A stretch of DNA of 64,000 nt from Bdellovibrionales bacterium (GTDB lineage Bacteria; Bdellovibrionota; UBA1018; CAIMNF01), in NCBI GenBank assembly GCA_947462765.1, contig CANHQK010000002.1, positions 38,099 through 102,098 of the forward strand, given 5' to 3'. The stretch's first letter is position 1, and each line of letters begins with the position of its first letter. A program made the translations under genes and the position numbers. A model generated the notes under the pieces. It had not been told where the DNA came from. It made no database searches and worked only from the letters and a program-made list of their open reading frames with translations. Shown here in pieces: positions 54,593-63,090 of this stretch.

Positions 54593-57373
54593 TCAGTGGG
54601 CTTTCCGGATCCCTTGCCCGGTAGGGAAGTAGAGGGCTCCATCGGCCAGGACCACTATCTTGAAATAGCCCGCACTTTCGACTGGGGATACGCCTGCCCG
54701 ATGAAGGACTCCATCCAAATCTGCAAATGCGTTCGTATCCTGGGTGAAGCCCGAGAGAGAACTGACCGTGTCGGTACCGTGATTGAACTCCCGGATCCCA
54801 TAACTGTCGTAGATGAAAAAGATCTCATCTCCCGAACCGATATCATAATGGTAGTTCATGGCCTTGATCTGATGGAATCTCGCTACCCCTGCGGTGCCAT
54901 CCACCGTAAGGGTGCCCCCCGGGGCTCCAGCTAAAAGGGAAACTGTTTGGGTGGTCAAATCGAGTAGCCTGACCGAGAACTGATCGGTCACGATCAATTG
55001 GTTGGCCGCACCTCTCACTGCGATTCCAGTGATGGCCCAGAACCGAGCTCCGGCAAAAGGACCTTGAATGAATCCCAAGCTTGCGGCATTTCCTGCCACA
55101 GTGGTCACCGCATTGGTAACTAAATCGAGTTTTCTGACCGCATAGTTATCGCCAAAATACAGGTCGTTTCCGATCACCGTCGGAAAGTTCGCATTTTGTA
55201 AAATAGCGGCTGGCCCCACGCCATCTGTAATGGGGTTTCGAGTACTTGAGCCAACAAGCGTCACCACGTCAAAAGTGGGGGAGCTTAGATCCACTCTGCG
55301 GATACGACCTCCGTCACCCACGTACAGATAAGATCCAACCAAGGCCCCCGCAGAAATTTCAGGGCTGAAGCGAGCGGTACCACTGACACCACCGGTTCCG
55401 TCAGTTGCCACGCATTGGCCAGGATCGAAACTCAGGTTGTTGTATCCAGCAATGACGCTGACAGCTCCAGTATTGGTGTCGAGTCTCCGGATATTGCAGT
55501 GGGACTTATCACCGACATAGAGGATCGATCCGGCTCCTGCAATGATTGTCATGCTTTTTCCCCGAAGGGTATTCGCATCAGTCCCGCCGTAGTCATAGCC
55601 GTTTGATCCCCCGAGGGTGGTGATCACGCCGGTGTCGATATCGGCCTTTCGAAGCAGGTGGGTGTGTTGTTCGGTAAAGTAGAGAGTATTGCCGATGGCC
55701 GTCAGCCCGCGTCCTCCGTTCACGGATCCGACTCCAGCTCCTCCATCGCGGCTCACGTAAATCATGTTGGAGAACTCGGTTGTTGCGGAATACGATGGGG
55801 AAATTGCGAATTTTCGAAAATAACTAGTTTGAGCACTGTGGAAGGCATAAATCCAAGATCCAACTTGAACCATGTTCTCTTGGCCATATGCGGAAGCCTG
55901 AATCGTCGTGATGGCTCGTGTATTCGTGTTCATGAGTTTCACTCGACCCAATTCTCCAACGATCAGATTCCCGTCGGGCAACACATGCAGGCCCCCTTGG
56001 TTCAGGTTGAATCTCGCGGCTAAGCCGACTCCGTCAGAATGTCCGGTCTGTGAAAGATCCCCGGCAATGAGCTGGGTGTTCAGTGTCTCCAGATCCGCCT
56101 GCCAAATGCTCGACAGGTTCGAAAAATACAAGCGACGTAAGACCGGGTCGATTCGCAAATGGACCAGGCCTGGAATGCGAGCTGCGATGCCCACTCCATT
56201 CATATTCCCGGAATTCTGGCAGCTGCCGATCAGGGTATCGACCATCAAGGTCGAGAGATTCATTCGACGGATGCAAGACCCATGGGTGAAATAGAGATGG
56301 GTGGAGTCCGCGGCCAGATCAGAAAGTCCCCCCCCTGTTCTGAGTAGAGGGCCGTAGCCGTCCCGGTAAAAGGGCGACAACTGATCATGAGGATTTCCCA
56401 CCACGGTCACCATTTGTCCGGTAGCGGGGGTGTACTTTCGGATCAGATTGTACGGACCATCGATCAAATAGACATGGGTTCCGTCGTTCGTCATCCGGCT
56501 CGGAGACTTCAGGCGAATCTGGTCGATGCCGTTTCCGTCTGAGAATCCCATCGGATTCATCTTCCCTGCCACAGTTGAAATCTGTGTGAAACGGGATGAG
56601 AAAGATACCTGAGCAGAGACACTCAAGTTCAGGGGGGCGCCGATCAGGGCTGTGAAAGTCTCGACCCCTGTTGCGGTGGATTTCAAATAAAAGTTAACCG
56701 TGCTTTGTCGGGCCGGGATGGTCAAGTTGGTGGTGGCATTCAAGCAAGCCGGATCGGTATAGAGCGTACGGCCTGCACCGAGAGTGATATTCGCCACTGC
56801 GTCGGAGAGTAAGAACTCCGGAAGATAATTCGAGTTCCTGAGTTGGAGGCGGTAAGGACCGGCGCAGGCGCTGACTGCGGCGGCCCTGGGACCCAGGATG
56901 GCCAGACTCATGACGGGAGCGGGATCGGCGACTACGGGTAAGGAAGCTTGGGTCAGTGAAGTGCTGGGAGCTTCCGCGCTCAGAACCGGTGTTTCTTCTC
57001 CGCGAGTTGGGTAGTAATAGACGGGCAAGGTGCTCACGCCTGCAGCCAGGGTGATCGAATTGGTCCGAGTTCCTGAATTGCAATCGGATGCAGTGTGGAA
57101 GGTTCCATCTCCACTGGTGCGCAGGAGTACGGTAGTGTCTTCAGAAACGGCACGATCGTTGGAATGCTCATCTTGAGTTCTGACGGTCAGTCCGCTGCAA
57201 GTCAGGGCCGGGTAGCTCATGGCTCCGGATAAAACAATTTTCCGCGGGGTCGTCACGACTGGGCTCGAGGGTGAGGAAACAGAAAGTCTCCCACCAAAGT
57301 CGGCCGAACGGATTCTACCGCAGCCGACGAGCATCATGGACAAAATGATCGAGTGCACCCACCCACGAAACAC
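54593..57373 (-). CDS. Large lipoprotein with NHL-type beta-propeller repeats
   Basis: Lipobox 'MMLVGCG'; 926 aa; numerous repeats of the type 'GxxxxLYFxD', 'LYVGD', 'IYVSRDGGAG' characteristic of NHL/YVTN propeller blades. Confidence 0.6.
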   Translation of the reverse strand: MFRGWVHSIILSMMLVGCGRIRSADFGGRLSVSSPSSPVVTTPRKIVLSGAMSYPALTCSGLTVRTQDEHSNDRAVSEDTTVLLRTSGDGTFHTASDCNSGTRTNSITLAAGVSTLPVYYYPTRGEETPVLSAEAPSTSLTQASLPVVADPAPVMSLAILGPRAAAVSACAGPYRLQLRNSNYLPEFLLSDAVANITLGAGRTLYTDPACLNATTNLTIPARQSTVNFYLKSTATGVETFTALIGAPLNLSVSAQVSFSSRFTQISTVAGKMNPMGFSDGNGIDQIRLKSPSRMTNDGTHVYLIDGPYNLIRKYTPATGQMVTVVGNPHDQLSPFYRDGYGPLLRTGGGLSDLAADSTHLYFTHGSCIRRMNLSTLMVDTLIGSCQNSGNMNGVGIAARIPGLVHLRIDPVLRRLYFSNLSSIWQADLETLNTQLIAGDLSQTGHSDGVGLAARFNLNQGGLHVLPDGNLIVGELGRVKLMNTNTRAITTIQASAYGQENMVQVGSWIYAFHSAQTSYFRKFAISPSYSATTEFSNMIYVSRDGGAGVGSVNGGRGLTAIGNTLYFTEQHTHLLRKADIDTGVITTLGGSNGYDYGGTDANTLRGKSMTIIAGAGSILYVGDKSHCNIRRLDTNTGAVSVIAGYNNLSFDPGQCVATDGTGGVSGTARFSPEISAGALVGSYLYVGDGGRIRRVDLSSPTFDVVTLVGSSTRNPITDGVGPAAILQNANFPTVIGNDLYFGDNYAVRKLDLVTNAVTTVAGNAASLGFIQGPFAGARFWAITGIAVRGAANQLIVTDQFSVRLLDLTTQTVSLLAGAPGGTLTVDGTAGVARFHQIKAMNYHYDIGSGDEIFFIYDSYGIREFNHGTDTVSSLSGFTQDTNAFADLDGVLHRAGVSPVESAGYFKIVVLADGALYFPTGQGIRKAH

Positions 57374-57439
57374 CGCTTTGATCCCCCTCAGAATAGTATG
57401 TCATTGACCTTTGTTGACGACTACTGTGTCAGCTTTGAC

Positions 57440-58105
57440 TCAATGGACTCGGTTGAGTAATGCGATCATGCGGTTTCGGATTGGGTCTTGCTCGGGAAGG
57501 ATCTTGGAATAGAGCTCCAGAAGCCTCAGTGTACTCGGCGAGGGGGAGCCCGAGCGGACGAGGTCATGATTTTCTGCCAGGTCGAGTGCGAATCGACCGA
57601 GGGATTTAAGAAGTTCGGGTTCACGCTCAATTTGCGCCAGGGCATCGAGGGCGTCGATCAGGTTCGAGGGTGTCCCCTCGTCGAGCACCATGTCTTCCAA
57701 GAAGCTTGCCCCTGACTGGGTGGCCTTCTCGTGTAGCCACTGGATCCACTCTTCATCTGAAGAGAATTGAATGGGTTCGGGAAGGCTTTTCATATGCAAG
57801 GTCCGAGTAGCCCCCGGTACCCCGAGTGCATAGGGCTTTCCCGGAATATTTTTGCCTCGTGAGAGGAGGTTGCGTCTCAAAGACTCCGGGTCCAAAGCGG
57901 GAGAGGGCACTTCTTGTCGCTTCTCGAGAGCTCGAAGGGAAGATGGGTCAGTTTGGAGGTGTTCAGCAAAACGGAGCGTGACCTCCACTTGAGTGGGGAT
58001 TGAGGGTGACAGTGGCCGGACTGGAGTGAGGGGGTCGGGAGAAAGGAGCCCGTAAGAGATGGAAAACAAGACGACTGTCAGCAGAATGACGAGCACTTTT
58101 TCCAT
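57440..58105 (-). CDS. Hypothetical protein with N-terminal signal/anchor
   Basis: 'MEKVLVILLTVVLFSISYG' hydrophobic N-terminus; no known domain. Confidence 0.45.
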   Translation of the reverse strand: MEKVLVILLTVVLFSISYGLLSPDPLTPVRPLSPSIPTQVEVTLRFAEHLQTDPSSLRALEKRQEVPSPALDPESLRRNLLSRGKNIPGKPYALGVPGATRTLHMKSLPEPIQFSSDEEWIQWLHEKATQSGASFLEDMVLDEGTPSNLIDALDALAQIEREPELLKSLGRFALDLAENHDLVRSGSPSPSTLRLLELYSKILPEQDPIRNRMIALLNRVH

Positions 58106-58180
58106 TCCCGTAACAGTTTATCCTGGGCGGTCGGGGGATTTCAACTCGCCAGAGCCGGGAATCGGGAGGTAAAATGAGAT

Positions 58181-60385
58181 ATGGGAGATCGCTCGATGTT
58201 TGAATCCTTACATTCCCGTAATTTTTGGACCCTCATCATGTTTTCACTGTTGATGTCGGATGTTTCGGGAGCGACAAGAAAGTCCCCGGACGATCTTGAC
58301 GGCTACTGGAAAAAAACCTTCGCAGATGAATTCCAAGGGCCGCCTCCCGAAATGCCCGCCAAGGAGGTCGAACGGTGCTACCAGGTTCCTCCTCGGTGTA
58401 TCGATCTATACAATAATTGGGATCTGGCCTGTTCATCGACTCCGAATCAGACTTTTCCGAAGTTGGCGATGCTGAATAAGTGTGTTTGGAATGTCCACCG
58501 GAGTGTGAATTGGATGTCACCTCAGGTGAACGAATTCACTGCGGACCAAGTGGAAGTCCGGGCGAACGAAGAAAACGGAATTCTCCTGCTGAAAGGTAAT
58601 TCTGTGCTTCCGAACGGGACCGTTCGTCCACCCGGAGGCAGCACCGGTAATGTGAACTTCGGCGATATGAATGAATACAAGGAGTGGATGACTTCACACG
58701 GTTATGTGTGTGCTGGGCCGGAGGGTAGGGGCGAGGCCAATCCAGCTGTCAGGAAATGTCCCATCCGCTCTGGCTTGGTGACTTCGATTTCGCGTCCCGG
58801 TCGGTCTTGGCCCGGGTTTTTCCAACAGTACGGTTTACTTCAAGTGCGTGGCACGATTGCGAGCGGGGACCAAGCTTGGCCGGCTTATTGGATGCTTCCG
58901 GATGCGACCTGGCCGGGGGGCGGCGAGTTTGATCTCATGGAGTCTTGGAATGAGAACAAAGCATCGCAAACTTTCCACACTGGAGTGTGTATCCCGAATG
59001 GTGAAGAAGATCTTTTCCCGGATTCATGCACGGCTGCGAACGGGAAAGCGCGGTGGCATCTCTCGAAGGGCGAGGATTTGGATCATGAACAAACACCGAC
59101 TGGTCATAGCTTTTTTAATCGCTACCACAACTTCAGTCTCGAATGGGATGCCAATCGAATCACCTTCCGTACCGATGGGGTGAATACCAACCGGATCAAT
59201 GAAGGAGACAAGATTCACGGGAGTTCCCCGGCTCGGACTTTGTGGGATGAGATCACAGGGAATGACAAAAAAGCGGCCCATATCCCCAGACGCCCCTTTT
59301 ATTTCCTTCTCAATCACTCAGTGGGTGGAGATGGCAAGGGTCCGAATCCGGTGAGTTTCTCGGAGCAAACCCTCAAGATCGATTATGTCCGGGCTTGGTC
59401 CAAGTGTTCTTTACCGGTGGATTACTGCCCTCGCGGAGGCACTTTCGGCAATGATGGGAATTGCACAGGTTCAGGAATCCATTATGCATCTCCGTGCACC
59501 CGTTGTTTGTACGGAGGGAGTGGCGGAAACCCGAATTGCCAGGTCCGCGGATTTGTCCGACCTGAATTCAATCCGGGCGTGTCTTACTGGGTCGATGCGA
59601 ACCCCCGTTGGCCTGGCGTCTACTACAAAAAGCTCGAGGGAACTTGCGCTGCGGGTGGGACTCCTACTGATGGAAACTGTCAGGTCAAAAATTTCGGCAA
59701 TGCAGTCGCGCATGTTCCAGTACCCGGAGTTCAATACTGGGTGGATGCCAATCCTGCCTGGCCCGGAATCTTTTACAAACAGGTCGGTGGGGCCTGTGTT
59801 TACGGTGGCACGCGTTCTGGCAACGGGAATTGCATGTGGAGGTCCCTCTCCGCCCTCAAGCCGAGCGTGCAGTACTGGGTGGATGGCAATCCACTTTGGC
59901 CGGGGGTCTATTACAAAGGCAGCGGGGGCTCTTGTCCACATGGTGGGGTTGCCAGTGGTCATGGCAACTGCCAGCTCCGGGCCTTTTCTGTGCCGGCCTC
60001 AGCCGGCATCACTCTTCGTCCGGGGGTGCAGTATTGGATGGATCCCGACCCCCGGTGGCCCGGAGTCTACTACAAGCAGATGCAGGGATCTTGCCCGGTG
60101 GGCGGGGTTGCGAGCGGAAACGGGAATTGCCAGCTGGTTGCCTATGCGGCTCCGGCGCAGCCCTACCTGGTGCGCGGGCAGCAGTATTGGGTGGATGCCG
60201 ATCCTCGTTGGTCCGGTGTGTTCTATCGGCAAATTCAAGGGACCTGTCGATACGGCGGAACGGTCTCCGGGAACGGGAACTGCCAGTTGATGAGTTTTAC
60301 GACCGGCGTCCTCGAGGATCACCTCAAATACTTTGTCGACTCGAATCCACGATGGCCCGGAGTGTACTACAGGGCTACTTACTAG
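58181..60385 (+). CDS. Secreted glycoside hydrolase family 16 (beta-glucanase/laminarinase-like) with C-terminal six-fold ~50-aa Cys/Trp/Tyr repeat region
   Basis: Signal-like N-terminus; GH16 catalytic motif 'GGEFDLMESW' (ExDxxE); C-terminal repeats '...GNCQ...QYWVDANPRWPGVYYK...'. Confidence 0.75.
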   Translation: MGDRSMFESLHSRNFWTLIMFSLLMSDVSGATRKSPDDLDGYWKKTFADEFQGPPPEMPAKEVERCYQVPPRCIDLYNNWDLACSSTPNQTFPKLAMLNKCVWNVHRSVNWMSPQVNEFTADQVEVRANEENGILLLKGNSVLPNGTVRPPGGSTGNVNFGDMNEYKEWMTSHGYVCAGPEGRGEANPAVRKCPIRSGLVTSISRPGRSWPGFFQQYGLLQVRGTIASGDQAWPAYWMLPDATWPGGGEFDLMESWNENKASQTFHTGVCIPNGEEDLFPDSCTAANGKARWHLSKGEDLDHEQTPTGHSFFNRYHNFSLEWDANRITFRTDGVNTNRINEGDKIHGSSPARTLWDEITGNDKKAAHIPRRPFYFLLNHSVGGDGKGPNPVSFSEQTLKIDYVRAWSKCSLPVDYCPRGGTFGNDGNCTGSGIHYASPCTRCLYGGSGGNPNCQVRGFVRPEFNPGVSYWVDANPRWPGVYYKKLEGTCAAGGTPTDGNCQVKNFGNAVAHVPVPGVQYWVDANPAWPGIFYKQVGGACVYGGTRSGNGNCMWRSLSALKPSVQYWVDGNPLWPGVYYKGSGGSCPHGGVASGHGNCQLRAFSVPASAGITLRPGVQYWMDPDPRWPGVYYKQMQGSCPVGGVASGNGNCQLVAYAAPAQPYLVRGQQYWVDADPRWSGVFYRQIQGTCRYGGTVSGNGNCQLMSFTTGVLEDHLKYFVDSNPRWPGVYYRATY
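59490..60385 (+). repeat. Six degenerate ~150-bp tandem coding repeats inside the GH16 gene
   Basis: Recurrent DNA words (cagtactgggtggatg..aatcc..tggcc.gg.gtctactacaa) at about 59587, 59733, 59871, 60033, 60183, 60325. Confidence 0.7.
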
Positions 60386-61190
60386 ACGAGGTCTCGCGTC
60401 TTTGGCTTGCGCTCTTGGCACGGTAGCGGAGGTTCAGCATTTCGACACCGAGTGAAAACGCCATGGCGAAATAGATGTAGCCTTTCGGAATATGGGCACC
60501 CATGCCCTCTCCGACCAGCATCACTCCGATCATGAGCAAGAACGACAAAGCGAGCATCTTGATGGTCGGATGCCGTTCCACAAATTCTCCGATTCCTTTA
60601 GCCGATAACAGCATGATGAGCATGGAGATCAGCATGGCTGCAATCATGACGGGGACTTCATTGGCCATTCCGACTGCCGTGATCACCGAATCCAAAGAAA
60701 ACACGAGATCTAGGAGCAGAATCTGGAAAAGCATGGCTCCGGCTCCCGGATGGCGCATCCGCGGCGATTGTTCGGCATGGTGCAAGTGAACTTCGGGATC
60801 GCCCTCCAGCTTGTGGTGGATCTCGAAAGTGGACTTCGCCAACAGAAACAGGCCTCCACCGAGAAGGATCAGATCCCTCCCTGAAAAGGATCGACCGAAT
60901 GCATCGAACCAGGGTTGGGTGAGGCTCATGATCCAGCTGATGGAAAGCAGCAGGAGAACTCGAATGGCCAAAGCCAAGGTGATTCCCAGACGTCGGATTT
61001 TTTCGCGCTGAGCCATCGGGAGTCGGCCCACCAGGATGGCAATGAAGATGATGTTGTCGATGCCAAGAACGGTTTCCATGGCGGTCAAGGTCACAAGCGA
61101 GGTGATGGATTCAAATGTGAGCATGGTTGGGACTCCCGCGCACATCATGCATGAAAACTTTGGTTTTTTCCACAGTAGACCCACAAGCAT
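60375..61190 (-). CDS. TerC/Alx-family integral membrane protein
   Basis: 'LGIDNIIFIAILVGRLP', 'LILLGGGLFLLAKSTFEIH' TerC motifs; start may instead be the internal ATG at 61124. Confidence 0.85.
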   Translation of the reverse strand: MLVGLLWKKPKFSCMMCAGVPTMLTFESITSLVTLTAMETVLGIDNIIFIAILVGRLPMAQREKIRRLGITLALAIRVLLLLSISWIMSLTQPWFDAFGRSFSGRDLILLGGGLFLLAKSTFEIHHKLEGDPEVHLHHAEQSPRMRHPGAGAMLFQILLLDLVFSLDSVITAVGMANEVPVMIAAMLISMLIMLLSAKGIGEFVERHPTIKMLALSFLLMIGVMLVGEGMGAHIPKGYIYFAMAFSLGVEMLNLRYRAKSASQRRETSSSK

Positions 61191-61286
61191 GGGTCCGGCT
61201 CTTTGGTTTGATGCGGAGATGCGAATTGATTCGGATAAAAGAATGATGCAGGATGTCTCAGCTGCGTTTTCCGATAGGTGTCGTGA

Positions 61287-61652
61287 ATGAGTTTGCCAAG
61301 AAAGAAACGAACAGCACGTAAGCCTCTGGATTCTCCATTCAGGAAGAATCTACAAAGCCTCATGAGAGAGAAGGGTTTGACGGCAAAAAAAGTGGCAGAG
61401 CTCTCTGGCGTGAGTCCGACCGTGGTTCAAAACTGGCTGACTGGATCGGTTCCTCATAACTTTTTAGCAGTGGCCAGCCTCTCGAACGCACTCGGGGTCG
61501 ATTTCCAATGGCTCCTCACCGGTGTGCACGGAGCCGCTCCGACGGTGAACGCGCTGAGCTTGGGTGAATTGTTCGATATTGAGCCTGATCCGAGTTTTTC
61601 GGGATTATTCATGCTCGAGGCGAAGCGCCTCAGGCGGAAGGACGGAGCTTGA
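61287..61652 (+). CDS. XRE-family (Cro/C1-type) HTH transcriptional regulator
   Basis: HTH 'LTAKKVAELSGVSPTVVQNWLTG'. Confidence 0.7.
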   Translation: MSLPRKKRTARKPLDSPFRKNLQSLMREKGLTAKKVAELSGVSPTVVQNWLTGSVPHNFLAVASLSNALGVDFQWLLTGVHGAAPTVNALSLGELFDIEPDPSFSGLFMLEAKRLRRKDGA

Positions 61653-61654
61653 AA

Positions 61655-61690
61655 TAAAAAAAGCCCGCTTGCGCAGGCTTAGTTTATTGA
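61655..61690 (-). terminator. Putative rho-independent terminator downstream of tRNA-Ala (possibly bidirectional, also serving the XRE gene)
   Basis: Hairpin aagcc-c-gc ttgc gc-a-ggctt (61661-61680) flanked by an A-run on the plus side and T-run (tttttattt) on the minus side. Confidence 0.45.
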
Positions 61691-61691
61691 A

Positions 61692-61767
61692 TGGTGGAGG
61701 TGAACGGATTCGAACCGATGACCCCCTGCTTGCAAAGCAGGTGCTCTACCAACTGAGCTACACCCCC
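61692..61767 (-). tRNA. tRNA-Ala (anticodon UGC)
   Basis: Reverse complement GGGGGTGTAGCTCAGTTGGTAGAGCACCTGCTTTGCAAGCAGGGGGTCATCGGTTCGAATCCGTTCACCTCCACCA: 76 nt cloverleaf, G3:U70 alanine identity pair, A73 discriminator, encoded CCA, anticodon loop CUUUGCAAG. Confidence 0.95.
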
Positions 61768-62026
61768 ATCGGGTAGTTGACTTCGAGTGATCGGGTATAC
61801 CAAATCCCGAGTGAAAGACAAGTCGTAATTTTGGAAGCGTCGGAGCCGAATTGCGCCCAAACTTGAGGTGCCCGGGTGGGGCCATTTCGGGATGAGTGAT
61901 GGGTGCGAAGGTAAAAGTTTCCTCATTCCAAATACTTGAGCTTGGACGGGCTTGGCATGCGGTTTGCTGTTCAGGATGCCAATGAGTGAAAGACGAACTT
62001 CTCGCTCAGGCATCCGGGGGGATGGT

Positions 62027-63085
62027 ATGAAGCTCAAGATCGCTACTGTTTTTTTCCTGTTCATCATAGTCCGAGGAGAGGCATTGGCTCGAAGTCAGAG
62101 GCCGATTGATCTGGAGTCGGCGGCCCCCGTCCAATTGGCGACTCTCACCGATCAACGGCACGAGCCCATTTACGGACAGGAACCTTACGAGTCGACCTGT
62201 TCCCGGGAGGTTTTCTCGCATCACGAGTCGGTCTGCCATACCGTCAGCGATACTGTTTGTCGCGGAGGGGGCGAAGTTTGCACAACCGAGGAGGATTCGG
62301 TTTGTAACTCGAATGGCTGCGTCAGTGTTCCGAGACGAGTGTGTCATTCCACTCCCCAGACTTGTTCCGAGGTGCCCCGGCAGGTGTGTGAATCGCGCCC
62401 GGTCTATGTGACCGAACACTATTCCTGCACCCGTTACCGGACGGTCGTGGTCGGTCAGAGGTTGGTCAAAACCTATCAGCACCAAGTTGAAGTCAGGCTC
62501 GAGGATGCCGCATCATTCGCAGGACAGCGTCTGCGACTGGTGGTTCACGCTAGGGAGAATGTGCTGTCGGTCGACCTGATCAGCGCCTTTCCGGAAGGAA
62601 TTCTTTTGAAATCGATTGAACGGGTGCGGAGTCAGGATGCTGGTGATTTCGAATCGATTTCGTCACGGATCGTGATTCGGAGGGGGGTGTCAGCCGAGGT
62701 GATCAAAAGGTTCCAGGGGGGCGTCTTGTCGGGCCTGGCACTGGGAAGAGCGGGTGTTCGCTTTGACCTGACCGGTTTGGCGGGATTGGAAGACGGACTC
62801 AAGGTCCGTCTTGACCTGAAACGCACTCCTCAGGCGTGGTTCAAGACGACACTTTATGATGGAGAAGTGGACACGGCGGGATTGGGTTGGGTTTCGCAAG
62901 GTGCATCGATCCGTGCGGTGATTCCCTTCGGGAAGATCGGGATTGCGAATCTATCGAACAAGCGACACGAGATGAGGATTTCCATCCGCCTCAACCCGGA
63001 ATCAGTACTGAATGTGCGTGACTTCCGGTCGGAATTCGATCGTCGGATTGAGGGAAAGATCGAGAAATCGAACCCGACCTTTTGA
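62027..63085 (+). CDS. Hypothetical secreted Cys-rich protein
   Basis: Signal peptide 'MKLKIATVFFLFIIVRGEALA'; Cys-rich N-terminal third (C..C patterns); no known domain. Confidence 0.5.
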   Translation: MKLKIATVFFLFIIVRGEALARSQRPIDLESAAPVQLATLTDQRHEPIYGQEPYESTCSREVFSHHESVCHTVSDTVCRGGGEVCTTEEDSVCNSNGCVSVPRRVCHSTPQTCSEVPRQVCESRPVYVTEHYSCTRYRTVVVGQRLVKTYQHQVEVRLEDAASFAGQRLRLVVHARENVLSVDLISAFPEGILLKSIERVRSQDAGDFESISSRIVIRRGVSAEVIKRFQGGVLSGLALGRAGVRFDLTGLAGLEDGLKVRLDLKRTPQAWFKTTLYDGEVDTAGLGWVSQGASIRAVIPFGKIGIANLSNKRHEMRISIRLNPESVLNVRDFRSEFDRRIEGKIEKSNPTF

Positions 63086-63090
63086 GCGTC

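Noticed and set aside
61125-61286. Possible yybP-ykoY (Mn2+) or alx-type riboswitch in the leader of the TerC-family gene
   Set aside because: TerC/Alx genes often carry this riboswitch. The reverse-complemented leader lacks the conserved GGGGAGUAG and CAUAC elements, and only a vague 'GAGACAUC' resemblance was seen. An Infernal scan (RF00080) would settle it.
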